This document shows positions 7,665 to 17,400 of a DNA stretch of 32,878 nucleotides, piece by piece; position 1 is the first letter of the stretch, and the number at the start of each line of letters is the position of its first letter. The translations under genes were made by a program, and so were the position numbers. The notes under the pieces are model-generated. The model did not search any database. It had not been told where the DNA came from and saw only the letters and a program-made list of their open reading frames with translations. Source of the DNA: a virus (lineage: Duplodnaviria; Caudoviricetes); the IMG/VR virus record IMGVR_UViG_3300033067_002092, positions 1 through 32,878 of that record. One strand, given 5' to 3'.

Positions 7665-10600
7665 ATGCTCGGTGGTGAAATCAAAGTTGTGTTGTCGTTG
7701 GACAACAACCAGTTCGTGGTTCAGACGCAGAAGGCCGGCGTCACGATCCAGGAGCTTCAGCGCGCCATCGACCGCACCTCTCGCTCCACCGAGCAGCACT
7801 TCACCGGCGCGATGGGCAAGTTCCGCAGCGTCGTTCAAGTCGCCTCGATGCTTCGCTACGCGATGCACGATGTGCACGACATCTTTGCCGCTCTGCCTGG
7901 CGCCATCCTGAAGACTTCGGGAGAAGTCGAGAAGATGACCAAGCTCATGGAGGGCATGAGCAAGCAGACCACCCAGGCGGCCCGCGAAGCCGAAGCGCTC
8001 AACAACGTCAAGTTCGTCTTCAACATGGCGCAGCGTGCGCCCTTTGACGTGAAGACGCTGACCGACTCGTTCGTCAAGCTCAAGTCCGGCGGCCTGGACC
8101 CCACTGACGGCAGCATGAAGGCCCTGGTGGACTCGGTGGCCAAGTTCGGTGGCACCTCCGACACGATGCACCGCGCCTCGATCGCCATCCAGCAGATGGC
8201 AGGCAAGGGCGTGATCTCGATGGAAGAATTGCGCCAGCAGTTGGGTGAAGCCGTGCCGAACGCGATCAACATGATGGCCCAGGGCGCCGGCATGTCGATT
8301 CCCAAGTTCGCCAAGCTCGTGCAGACCGGTACGGTGGAAGCCACCACGGCCCTTCGCAACATGTTCACCGTGATGCGCTTCGAGAACGATGGCGCTGCCG
8401 ACGCGATGATGAATTCGTGGACCGGCATGTTGGCGTTGCTCAAGACGAAGTTTGAACTGTTCAAGCTCGAGGCGGGCAAGAACGACTTCTTCAAGGAAGC
8501 CAAGAATCAGCTCCAGGACTTGATTGGTCTCTTCGACACTGGCTCGGCCAAGCGCTTTGCCAACGACATCGGCAACGGCCTTGCAGACATCGTGCGCCTC
8601 TTGAGCGCCGTGGTGAAGATGGCTGCCGAGTGGTCTGACACCATCAAGCTCGCGGGCCAGGCCTTCATCGCCTACTTTGCCGCCACGAAAGTCCAGTCGC
8701 TTGCCGCCGCTCTGCGAAAGCTGATCGACGGGCAGATCGGCAAGTACAAGGAGGACGTGCAAGCCAAGCGCGACGCCCTCACCAACAAACAGACCCTGAT
8801 CGCCAACGAGATTGCCGAGGAGCAACGGGCGTTCTCGGTCAAGCACGCTGCCATCGAAAAGCGCGTTGCCGCCGAACAAGCCGCCGATCAGAAGCTCGCC
8901 GCCGATCAGATCAAGTCGGCCGAACGTCAGCGCGCCGCGCTGGCCAAGGAGCTGGCCGATCGCGTGGCTCATTACCAGTCTCTGAACGCGCTTCAGCAGC
9001 AGTTCCTCGGCCAGCAGATGGCTGCCGAACTCGCCGCCGAGACCGCGATGCGCCAGAAGAAGGCCGGCTCCAGTGCAACGGCTCGCGGCTACACCGCAGA
9101 AGCTGACCGCCTGGGTGCGAACGCCGCCATGAATGCAGGCAGCATCGCCGCTGTCAACGCCGAGATCGCCGCGATCAAGGCCAAGGACGCAGCGCTGCTG
9201 CAATCGATCCAGACCACACGCAACGCCACCACGGCCAACAACCACCAGGCCGAGTCGGCCGCGCTTGCCGCGCAGCACGCTCGTCTGATGGCAGGCTTGC
9301 TGGATCAAAAGGCTGCCGCTGCAACGCGCGCCGCAACGGGCGTGGGCATCATGTCCAAGGCCATGTCGGGCGCTGGCGTGATCTTCAACGCCTTCGGTGG
9401 CTGGGTGGGCATCGCGATCGGCGTGCTGGTGACGCTTGGCCAGAAGCTCTGGGAGTACATGAACCGCTGGAAGGAGTTTGACGAGGTCGTCAAGCGCACC
9501 AAGGCGGGCATTGCCTCCGAAGATGACTTGAAGAAGGCCCAGGCTGCCGCGAATGAGGCGGCCAAGTCCATGAACGCCCTGAGCACCGTGATTCGACAGC
9601 TCGATCAGGACGGCGAGACCAACATGCGCTCGCGGATGCGGGCCAAGAACGCAGGCTTCATCGCCAAGGACGGCTTCGGTGATGTGGCCGCCTACCGCGC
9701 CTCGCTCGAGACCAAGCTGGCCGAAGAGACGGCCATTTTCAAGAACGCCGTCGAGCGCTCGGGCGAACAGAAGCGCCTGCTCAATGATGAGCGCGTTGGC
9801 TTGGAGATGTCGCAATTTGAGCGTACCTACCGTCGCGGTCTCGAAGCCAAGATCGACACCTTGCGCAACCAAAGCGCCGAGCTTGCCGAGGCCGAGCGCA
9901 AGGAGCTTGACAAGGCACGCAAGGATGCGGCCGCCAATGGCACGAAGTTGACCCAGTCGCAAGAAGAGGCCATCAGCGCTCGCTACGCCGCCCAGAAGAA
10001 CAAGCTCGTGGTGGAGAGCGAGCGCTACAAGCTCCAGGTTGCGCAGACGCGCCGCGATGAGCTGCAAGCCATGCTCGCTGTCGAGAAGGACGACAAGAAG
10101 AAGGATGTCCTGAACAGCCAGTTGAAGTTCGTTCGTGACCAGCTCGAGGCTGCCACTGCGGGCCTGAAGCAGGCCGAGTCGCTCGGTAGCGTCCCAACTG
10201 CGGCCAAAGACCCCAAGGCAAAACTGAAGGAAGCCCCGATCGTTCGCATGGCCGAGCGTCTGGAGGCTGAAGTCGCTGTGGCCAAGGCCAAGCTCGCTGC
10301 CATCCTGGCTGACGCGAAGACCATCGACTCGATGCGCCAACAGGTGATGTTCGATGCGCTGGGCGACATGGCCGAGGGCAAGTTCGACACGATGTCCGAG
10401 GACAAGGATGGCAACAAGGTCGCCAACTACATGGGCGGCATCGATGCTCGCAAGAACTACGTCAAGGCGCTGTCGGACTACCTGGCCAAGGGCAACACCG
10501 ACCTGACGGCCTTTGTCAACGGTCTGGATCAGCTCAAGAACAAGACTCAGTTCCTGGAAGTATTCCAGGCGATGGTGGACAAGCGTCAGATCAACGACTC

Positions 10601-12071
10601 GATCGCCGCACTCAACAGCATCAAGCAGATCGGCGTCGATACCGCTGACGAGATGAAGCGCGCCACGACCGAGTTCAACAATGAGGGTCTGGTCAAGGAA
10701 AATAGCTACCTCGACGAGACTCAGAAGCGCCTGGACAAGCTCGCTCTCACGGTGACGAAGAACACCGAGGGCTACGCCGAGTTCATTCGGATGCGCGACC
10801 AGTCGCTGATGAACGCCAACACCGTGGACGTGGCCAAGATGGGCACCGAAGCGGCCAAGGCGACTCGTGACGCCGACCTCTACGCCAAAAAGGCGATCCT
10901 CAACCAGGCCGACCTGAAGAAGTTCGAGCACCAGGAAGAATTGAACCGCATCGACGCGATGCAAAAGCGCCGGGAGAAGGACACCCAGGACATGATGTCC
11001 AAGGGCGTGCTCGACCAGTACGAGTTCCAGGCCAAGATGACAGCGATCGCCGAGCACGGCAACGCGCTGCGCGCCGCTTCGGCCAAGCGCCTGGCCACCG
11101 ACCTGATGACGCCGCTCCAGAAGCTCGCCGTCACCTGGCAGGACTCGACAACTGCCATGAAGCAAGCCACCGCCAGTTGGGCAAGCGACTTCATGGATCG
11201 CCTGACCAACGTGATCGCCGGTGGCGCCTTCAAGTGGAAGGAGTTTGCCGCCGGCATGGCCAAGGACATGCTGTCGATCGTGGTCAAGAAGAGCCTGGGC
11301 GACATGGTGACGGGCGCCTTCGGCTCGTTCGGTGACAAGATGAGCGGCTACCTGGGTCTGTCGGGTGGGTCCGACACCAAGGGCACCTTCACCAACCCGA
11401 TGATTACGAAGGACGTGAACGACAAGACTGGCGTGGATATGTTCGCCGAGGCCAAGGAGAAGCTCAACAGCACCTGGGACAGCCTGAAGGACAAGCTCTC
11501 GGGCGCCTGGGACAGCATCAAGGACAACATGAGCCGGGTGATGGAGGGCTTGAAGAGCGGTCTGGACTGGCTGATGCAGTCGCTCTCGAGCGCTTTCAGC
11601 GACTCGGGCGGCGGTGGCTTGGGCGGCATGATCGGTAGCCTCTTCGGAGGTGGTCAAGCCGCAGGGGCTGGCGCAACCGAGATGAGCCAGTTCGACTACG
11701 CCGCGATCAGTGGTTTTGCCAACGGTGGCATCATGACGAGCAGCGGCTCGCTTGGCCTGCACAAGTACGCCACGGGTGGCGTGGCCAATAGCCCGCAGGT
11801 GGCACTCTTCGGTGAAGGCTCGACGCCTGAAGCCTACGTGCCGCTGCCTGATGGCCGCAGCATCCCCGTGACGATGACAGGTAGCGGCAACACGACGACC
11901 ACCAATGGCGTGGTCATCAACATCGTCGTGAACCAGGACGGCTCGCAAAGCGACACGACCAGTGGTGATGATGCCAAGGTCTGGCAAGCGATGGCCCAGA
12001 AGGTGCGCGGCGTTGTCATCGACGAAATGGGCAACCAGCAGCGCCCTGGCGGCATGCTCTACAATCGATAA
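7665..12071 (+). CDS. Tail tape measure protein
   Basis: 1468 aa, helical and Ala-rich. Tape-measure N-terminal motif (AIQQMAGKGVISMEELRQQLGEAVP) and C-terminal FANGG..GEG..PEAYVPLPDG..QQRPGGML, like lambdoid TMPs. Confidence 0.95.
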   Translation: MLGGEIKVVLSLDNNQFVVQTQKAGVTIQELQRAIDRTSRSTEQHFTGAMGKFRSVVQVASMLRYAMHDVHDIFAALPGAILKTSGEVEKMTKLMEGMSKQTTQAAREAEALNNVKFVFNMAQRAPFDVKTLTDSFVKLKSGGLDPTDGSMKALVDSVAKFGGTSDTMHRASIAIQQMAGKGVISMEELRQQLGEAVPNAINMMAQGAGMSIPKFAKLVQTGTVEATTALRNMFTVMRFENDGAADAMMNSWTGMLALLKTKFELFKLEAGKNDFFKEAKNQLQDLIGLFDTGSAKRFANDIGNGLADIVRLLSAVVKMAAEWSDTIKLAGQAFIAYFAATKVQSLAAALRKLIDGQIGKYKEDVQAKRDALTNKQTLIANEIAEEQRAFSVKHAAIEKRVAAEQAADQKLAADQIKSAERQRAALAKELADRVAHYQSLNALQQQFLGQQMAAELAAETAMRQKKAGSSATARGYTAEADRLGANAAMNAGSIAAVNAEIAAIKAKDAALLQSIQTTRNATTANNHQAESAALAAQHARLMAGLLDQKAAAATRAATGVGIMSKAMSGAGVIFNAFGGWVGIAIGVLVTLGQKLWEYMNRWKEFDEVVKRTKAGIASEDDLKKAQAAANEAAKSMNALSTVIRQLDQDGETNMRSRMRAKNAGFIAKDGFGDVAAYRASLETKLAEETAIFKNAVERSGEQKRLLNDERVGLEMSQFERTYRRGLEAKIDTLRNQSAELAEAERKELDKARKDAAANGTKLTQSQEEAISARYAAQKNKLVVESERYKLQVAQTRRDELQAMLAVEKDDKKKDVLNSQLKFVRDQLEAATAGLKQAESLGSVPTAAKDPKAKLKEAPIVRMAERLEAEVAVAKAKLAAILADAKTIDSMRQQVMFDALGDMAEGKFDTMSEDKDGNKVANYMGGIDARKNYVKALSDYLAKGNTDLTAFVNGLDQLKNKTQFLEVFQAMVDKRQINDSIAALNSIKQIGVDTADEMKRATTEFNNEGLVKENSYLDETQKRLDKLALTVTKNTEGYAEFIRMRDQSLMNANTVDVAKMGTEAAKATRDADLYAKKAILNQADLKKFEHQEELNRIDAMQKRREKDTQDMMSKGVLDQYEFQAKMTAIAEHGNALRAASAKRLATDLMTPLQKLAVTWQDSTTAMKQATASWASDFMDRLTNVIAGGAFKWKEFAAGMAKDMLSIVVKKSLGDMVTGAFGSFGDKMSGYLGLSGGSDTKGTFTNPMITKDVNDKTGVDMFAEAKEKLNSTWDSLKDKLSGAWDSIKDNMSRVMEGLKSGLDWLMQSLSSAFSDSGGGGLGGMIGSLFGGGQAAGAGATEMSQFDYAAISGFANGGIMTSSGSLGLHKYATGGVANSPQVALFGEGSTPEAYVPLPDGRSIPVTMTGSGNTTTTNGVVINIVVNQDGSQSDTTSGDDAKVWQAMAQKVRGVVIDEMGNQQRPGGMLYNR

Positions 12072-12083
12072 GTCACAGGTGAC
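12060..12083 (+). promoter_or_regulatory. GTCA-N4-TGAC motif at the TMP/gpM junction
   Basis: TAAGTCA-cagg-TGAC (12069-12083) uses the TMP stop codon and covers the next RBS. A -10-like TACAAT lies at 12060-12065, with no clear -35. Confidence 0.6.
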
Positions 12084-12085
12084 AC

Positions 12086-12421
12086 ATGACACGACCAACC
12101 TTTTCCTGGCACCCCAACTACGAGGCCAAGCTCGCGCAAGAGCCCAAGGTCGCCGTCACCAAGTTCGGTGACGGCTACGAGCAGCGGGTGCCCACCGGCA
12201 TCAACAACAACCCCGAGACGTGGTCGGTGGAATTCACCCGCAGCTCGGCCGCCTATCCTGACGTGCTCACCTTCATCCAGGCGCGCAACGCTGTGGAGAG
12301 CTTCTACTGGACCACGCCCTTCGAGCAGACCAAGGTGTTCGTCTGCCGCAAGTGGGATGTGGTGCGAAAGCAAGGCCACACCGTCCTGAGTATGGAGTTT
12401 GAACAGGTGTTTGAAGCATGA
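12086..12421 (+). CDS. Distal/minor tail protein, lambda gpM-like
   Basis: FGDGYEQR..GINN and SFYWTTP..FVCRKW motifs. Directly after the TMP. Confidence 0.9.
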   Translation: MTRPTFSWHPNYEAKLAQEPKVAVTKFGDGYEQRVPTGINNNPETWSVEFTRSSAAYPDVLTFIQARNAVESFYWTTPFEQTKVFVCRKWDVVRKQGHTVLSMEFEQVFEA

Positions 12422-13110
12422 CCATCCGCGCCGACATCCAGTCCCTGGCGCCCACAGCGCTCTTGGACTTGTTCATCCTCGATTCGACCAACCTGCCAGG
12501 CGGCTCGGTGATGCGCTTTCACGCCGGCACCAACAGCCTCTCGCAGCCCGTCGTGTGGCAAGGCCAGACCTATGAGCCCATGCCCATCGAGGCTGAGGGG
12601 TTCGACCTGACCACCAAGGGCACGCTGCCGCGCCCAAAGCTCAAGGTGGCCAACACCGGCGGCTACCTGTCTGCCTCGGTCAAGTCGTTCAACGACTTCG
12701 TGGGCTGCAAGGTCACGCGCAAGCGCACCTTTGCCAAGTACCTCGATGCGGTCAACTTCCCAGGTGGCGTGAACCCCGACGCAGACCCCAACCAGTTCAT
12801 CCCTGATGACCTCTGGTTCGTGGAGCGCAAAGTCTCCGAGAACCGCTACATGATCGAGTTCGAGCTGTCCTCGGCGTTTGACCTGATGGGCCAGCAGTTG
12901 CCCAGTCGCCAGATCATCCAGAACAGTTGCTCATGGAAGTACCGTGGCGGCGAGTGCGGCTGGACAGGCGCGAACTTCGACAAGAACAACAGTCCGACCA
13001 ACGCGGCAGGTGATGCCTGTGCAAAGACCCTGGCCGCGTGCAAGGTGCGCTTTGGCACCCAACCCATCCGATTTGGAGGCTTCCCCGGTGCAGTTCGAGG
13101 AACAACTTGA
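12418..13110 (+). CDS. Minor tail protein, lambda gpL-like
   Basis: WQGQTY.P.PIEAEGF, RKRTFAKYLDAVNF, four C-terminal Cys (CSWKYRGGEC..CAKTLAACKVRF) and FGGFP. Confidence 0.93.
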   Translation: MTIRADIQSLAPTALLDLFILDSTNLPGGSVMRFHAGTNSLSQPVVWQGQTYEPMPIEAEGFDLTTKGTLPRPKLKVANTGGYLSASVKSFNDFVGCKVTRKRTFAKYLDAVNFPGGVNPDADPNQFIPDDLWFVERKVSENRYMIEFELSSAFDLMGQQLPSRQIIQNSCSWKYRGGECGWTGANFDKNNSPTNAAGDACAKTLAACKVRFGTQPIRFGGFPGAVRGTT

Positions 13111-13825
13111 TGCGCTGAGTGGCGCCATGCTGGCCCATGCAGAGGCTTGCTACCCGCAGGAGGCCTGCGGCTTCGTGATTGGCCAGGGCAAGAAGGCGAT
13201 CTTCATACCGTGCACCAACGCGGCCGAGCAGCCAGAAGCCACCTTCCTGATCTCGCACCTGGACTACGCTGCGGCTGAAGATGCGGGCGACATCCTGGCC
13301 ATCTGGCATTCCCACCCAGACCAGTCTGCCGAGCCCTCAGAGGCAGACCTGGCCGGCTGTGAAGCGACCGAGCTGCCCTGGCTGATCTCGAGCGTGCGCA
13401 AAGTCGATGGTTCCCTCATCCATGAGGCTACCAAACTCGTCGAGCCGTCGGGCTTCCGAGTGGACTACGTGGGCCGGCCATACCTCTTTGGCACCTTCGA
13501 CTACTACTACGAGCGCGAGTACGGGATTCGACTGGAGCGCCTTCCCAATCTGCGCATCTTGCGATGGTGGGAGAAGGGCCTAGACATCCTGGACGAGGCA
13601 AGTTGGAACGCGATCGGCTTTACACGAGTCGAAGATGGCGACTATCGCGAGGGTGACGTGGTCTGCATCGCGATGGATTCCAAGGTGGCCAACCACGTTG
13701 CGTTGTACGTCACGGGTGATATAATTTTGCATCACCTTGTCAACCGCCTCTCTCGGCGCGAGACGTTCGGGCCGTACTGGCTTTCCAGGGTCAAGCTGCA
13801 CCTCAGACACCAAACAAAATGCTGA
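13088..13825 (+). CDS. Tail tip protein, lambda gpK-like (JAB/MPN plus NlpC/P60); NlpC catalytic Cys apparently absent
   Basis: GTG at 13088 with SD GGAGG at 13075-13079. PQEACG and the JAB motif HSHP..PS.AD are present. NlpC half is GRPYLFGTFD..HVALY..ILHH. Confidence 0.85.
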   Translation: MQFEEQLDALSGAMLAHAEACYPQEACGFVIGQGKKAIFIPCTNAAEQPEATFLISHLDYAAAEDAGDILAIWHSHPDQSAEPSEADLAGCEATELPWLISSVRKVDGSLIHEATKLVEPSGFRVDYVGRPYLFGTFDYYYEREYGIRLERLPNLRILRWWEKGLDILDEASWNAIGFTRVEDGDYREGDVVCIAMDSKVANHVALYVTGDIILHHLVNRLSRRETFGPYWLSRVKLHLRHQTKC

Positions 13826-14406
13826 CAAAAGTTCGCCTCGATGGCGTCATGGGCAAGAAATTCGGCAAGGAGTGGGAACTCGACGTTTCCAGCCCTGCGG
13901 AAGCCCTGCGCATGATTGAGGCCAACTCGCCAGGCCTGAAGCGCTGGGTTCTCGATAACCGCGAGAAATACGACGCCTACAAGGTCATCTGCGTCTACGA
14001 AGACGGACGCGAGGAGGCGCTTGACAACGACACGTACGTCGCATCCCGAACTAACCTCAAGTCGATTCGCTTCACCCCGACCGTTGCAGGGGCGAGCGGC
14101 ATCGTGAAGGTGATCGTTGGCGCGGTGCTGATCGTCGCTTCGTTCTACGTCACTGCCGCAGGATTTCCAACCCTGGGCAAGGCGATGCTCCAGATCGGCG
14201 CAACGCTGGCCCTGTCCGGTGTGATCGAGATTCTCAGCCCACGCCCGACCAAGCTCGATGGCAATGCCGATGCCAAGTCGTTCTACTTCGACGGCGCGGT
14301 CAATACCGAAATGCAAGGCAACCCTATTCCCCTGATCTATGGCCGCATGCTGGTGGGCTCACACCCCATCTCGGCGTCCATTTCCGTTGACGAGATCGCA
14401 CCATGA
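13819..14406 (+). CDS. Tail assembly protein, lambda gpI-like
   Basis: GKKFG..V.SPAEALR at the N-terminus, a hydrophobic centre, and QGNPIPLIYGRMLVGS at the C-terminus. Confidence 0.92.
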   Translation: MLTKVRLDGVMGKKFGKEWELDVSSPAEALRMIEANSPGLKRWVLDNREKYDAYKVICVYEDGREEALDNDTYVASRTNLKSIRFTPTVAGASGIVKVIVGAVLIVASFYVTAAGFPTLGKAMLQIGATLALSGVIEILSPRPTKLDGNADAKSFYFDGAVNTEMQGNPIPLIYGRMLVGSHPISASISVDEIAP

Positions 14407-17400
14407 ACGAAGCCAAAGACTCCCTGCGATCCAAAGCGACGCTCTCGATCCTCGATTTGCTGGGCGAGGGGCCTATTGGTGGCCTGGTGAACGGAATGCA
14501 GGGTGTGTTCCTGAACGGTACACCGGTGCAAAACGGCAACGGCACGCTGAACTTCCAAGGGGTGAGCCAAGACATCCGAGGCGGCGGCAATACGCAGGCG
14601 GTGATGCCCGGTTTTGGCAACTACATCGAGTCGCCATACAGCGTCGGCGCCCAGGTCAAGACCACGACGCCGTATGTGTTCTCCGTCTCGCGCGCCGATG
14701 CCGATGCGGTGCGCGTGATCGTCAGTGTGCCGGGTCTGACCTCCACCGATGGTGGTAGCGGCGACATCTACGGCGCCACAGTCCAGTACAAGTTCGAGGT
14801 TTCAACCAACAACGGCGCGACTTGGTCGGATCAATACGCCGACTACACCTGGCCAGAGGTGGGCACCTTCGCAAGCGAAGGCGGATACCTGACAGCCAAT
14901 GCGCCAAGCGCCGCCTACTACGGCATCCGAGCCACCGTGACTGTCTCATCGACGATGGTCGAGTACGGAACTATCACGGTTCAGGCTCAGGAGTTCAATG
15001 GCTTGGCTTGGCAAAACCTCGGCGCCCCCAAGGCGGTTCAGGTGTCCTACGTCACGGTCAGCGACGAATATGGCACCTACTTCACCCCGGCAGGCGTTGA
15101 CTACACGGTCGAGTCTGCCTACAACAAGGTTCGCTTCGTCATCGTTGGCAATACAACCACAGGTGGCTTCGTCAACGGCTCGCGCATCTACTCCAAGGCG
15201 GGCACGACGACCTGCACCATCTCGGGCAAGAGCCGCTCGCGCTACCAGCGCAGCCACATTCTGCACATCCCGCCTGGCTCCAACACGCGCGTGCGCGTGA
15301 CTCGCCTGACCGCCGACTCGGCCAGCGCCTTGTTGCAGAACGACCTCTTTCTCGACTCCTACGCCGAGATCGTGACGCTCAACATGGAGTACCCCAACTC
15401 GGCCATCTTCGGGCTGCGTGTGGACTCCCAGCAGTTTGGCGGCGGAATCCCCAACCGCTCCTATCTCGTGGACGGTCTCTACATTCGCGTGCCGGTCAAC
15501 TACGACCCGGTGGCTCGCACCTACTCGGGCGTGTGGAACGGCACCTTCAAGTACGCGGTCTCGAACAACCCTGCCTGGGTGCTGTTCGATGTGCTCACCC
15601 ACAAACGCTACGGCCTGGGCAACTTCATCGAGGACACCCAAGTCGATAAGGCTATGCTCTACACGATCGGCAAGTATTGTGACGAGCTCGTGCCTGACGG
15701 TTTCGGCGGCACGGAACCGCGCTTCACGCTCAACACGGTGATCGCCAATTCGAGCGACTCCTACAAGCTCATCAGTGACATCGCGTCGGTGTTCCGTGGC
15801 ATGGGCTTCTGGGACGGCGGCATGGTCAGCTTCACGCAAGATGCGCCCGCCGACCCCGTCATGCTGTACTCGCCTGCCAACGTGATTGCTGGCGAGTTCA
15901 GCTACGCCGGCAGCGCTCGCAAGGATCGGCACAGCGTCGTGCATGTGACGTGGAACGACCCTGCCGACAACTACAAGCAAAAGGTCGAGTACGTCGAGGA
16001 TGCCGAACTGGTCGCGCTCTATGGCGTGCGCAAGGCCGACACGCTGGCCTTCGGGTGCACATCGCGTGGCCAGGCTGCTCGAGTCGGCAAATGGATTCTC
16101 TACACCGAGAAGTACGAAAGCGATCTCATCACCTTCAAGGTGGGTCTGGATTCGGCCTTCGTGATGCCTGGCAACATCGTGAAGATTCACGATCCCAATC
16201 GTGCTGGCCGTCGCGCTGCTGGCCGTCTGGTTGCCTGCACCACTACCAGCGCCACCTTGGACAGCTCCGTCACGCTCACGGGCGTGACGACCATGTCGAT
16301 CATGATGCCCGATGGCACGTTCGCCGACCGCCAGCTTCTTCAAAGCGCAGGCGCTCATTCGACCGTGACCTGGGCAAGCGCACTGCCGCAGACTCCCGTG
16401 GCCAACGCCGTCTGGATGATGGCAGAGACGAATCTGCAACCGGTGCTGGCACGAGTCATCGGGGTGGCCCAGGGGCAGAACCCTGGCGAGTTCGACATCG
16501 CCGCGCTTGAGCACAACCCCTCCAAGTTCAACGCCATCGAGCAAGGCTGGGCGCTCGAGGATCGAAAGACCTCGATCATCGACGCGAGCTTTGTCCAAAC
16601 GCCCACGCAGCTCTCCGTGACGGAGGCACGGTACAAGGCCGCCCCCGGCGTCTTTGCCAACAAGCTGCTGATCTTCTGGTATGGCGACTCGACTCAGTAC
16701 GAAGTGGCCTACCGTGGCACTGGCGCGACCAACAAGAGCAACTGGATCACGACTCGGGTGACTGATGGGTTGTCGCTCGAAGTGCAAAACGTCGCCACAG
16801 GCAGCTACGAAGTTTCGGTCGTCGGCATCAATCCGCTGGGCAAGCGCTCCGAGAGCACGAGTGCCACCTACACGGTCGTGGGCAAGGTGAAGCCGCCATC
16901 GGATGTGGCGCAGTTCTATGCTCTGCCAAACGCGCAGGGCGTGGAGCTCACCTGGGTGCCCATCGCCGATGAGGACGTGAAGAGCTACGAGGTGCGCGTG
17001 TGCGCAACACCTGGCCAAGCGTGGGAGGCTGCCACCAAGGTGATTGAGACACCGCTCGTCGTGTACCAACTGCCGCCAACCGCCTCTGGAACCTACGAGT
17101 GGTTGGTGAAGGCGATCGACACCGCTGGCAACTTCAGCACCAACGCCAAGCGCGTGTCAGCAACGCTCACTGCTCCTGGCACCGTGACACCCACTTATGC
17201 CTACTCTCGCGCCGACATCGTCGTGAGCTGGGGCGCGGCCACTGCCGGGTCGTTGCCGATCAAGCACTACCTCATCAAGCGCGGCGCCACCTGGGCGAGC
17301 GCAACTGACATCGGCACTACCGTCGATCTGTCCTACAAGACGCCCGTGAAGTGGGCCGCAACGACACTCATCTGGGTGGCTGCGGTCGATATTGCCGGCA

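Noticed and set aside
7326-12098. 1590-aa minus-strand ORF, and other long antisense ORFs (e.g. 14946-17069, 26681-28801, 2744-4141)
   Set aside because: Shadow frames of strongly codon-biased high-GC genes. They show no recognisable motifs and fully overlap well-supported + strand genes.
12944-13087. Extended N-termini from the ORF track (also 4012, 4613, 5339, 25127, 25754, 26189, 26493, 29251)
   Set aside because: They overlap upstream genes or promoter boxes. Downstream starts with an SD or stop-start coupling fit better.
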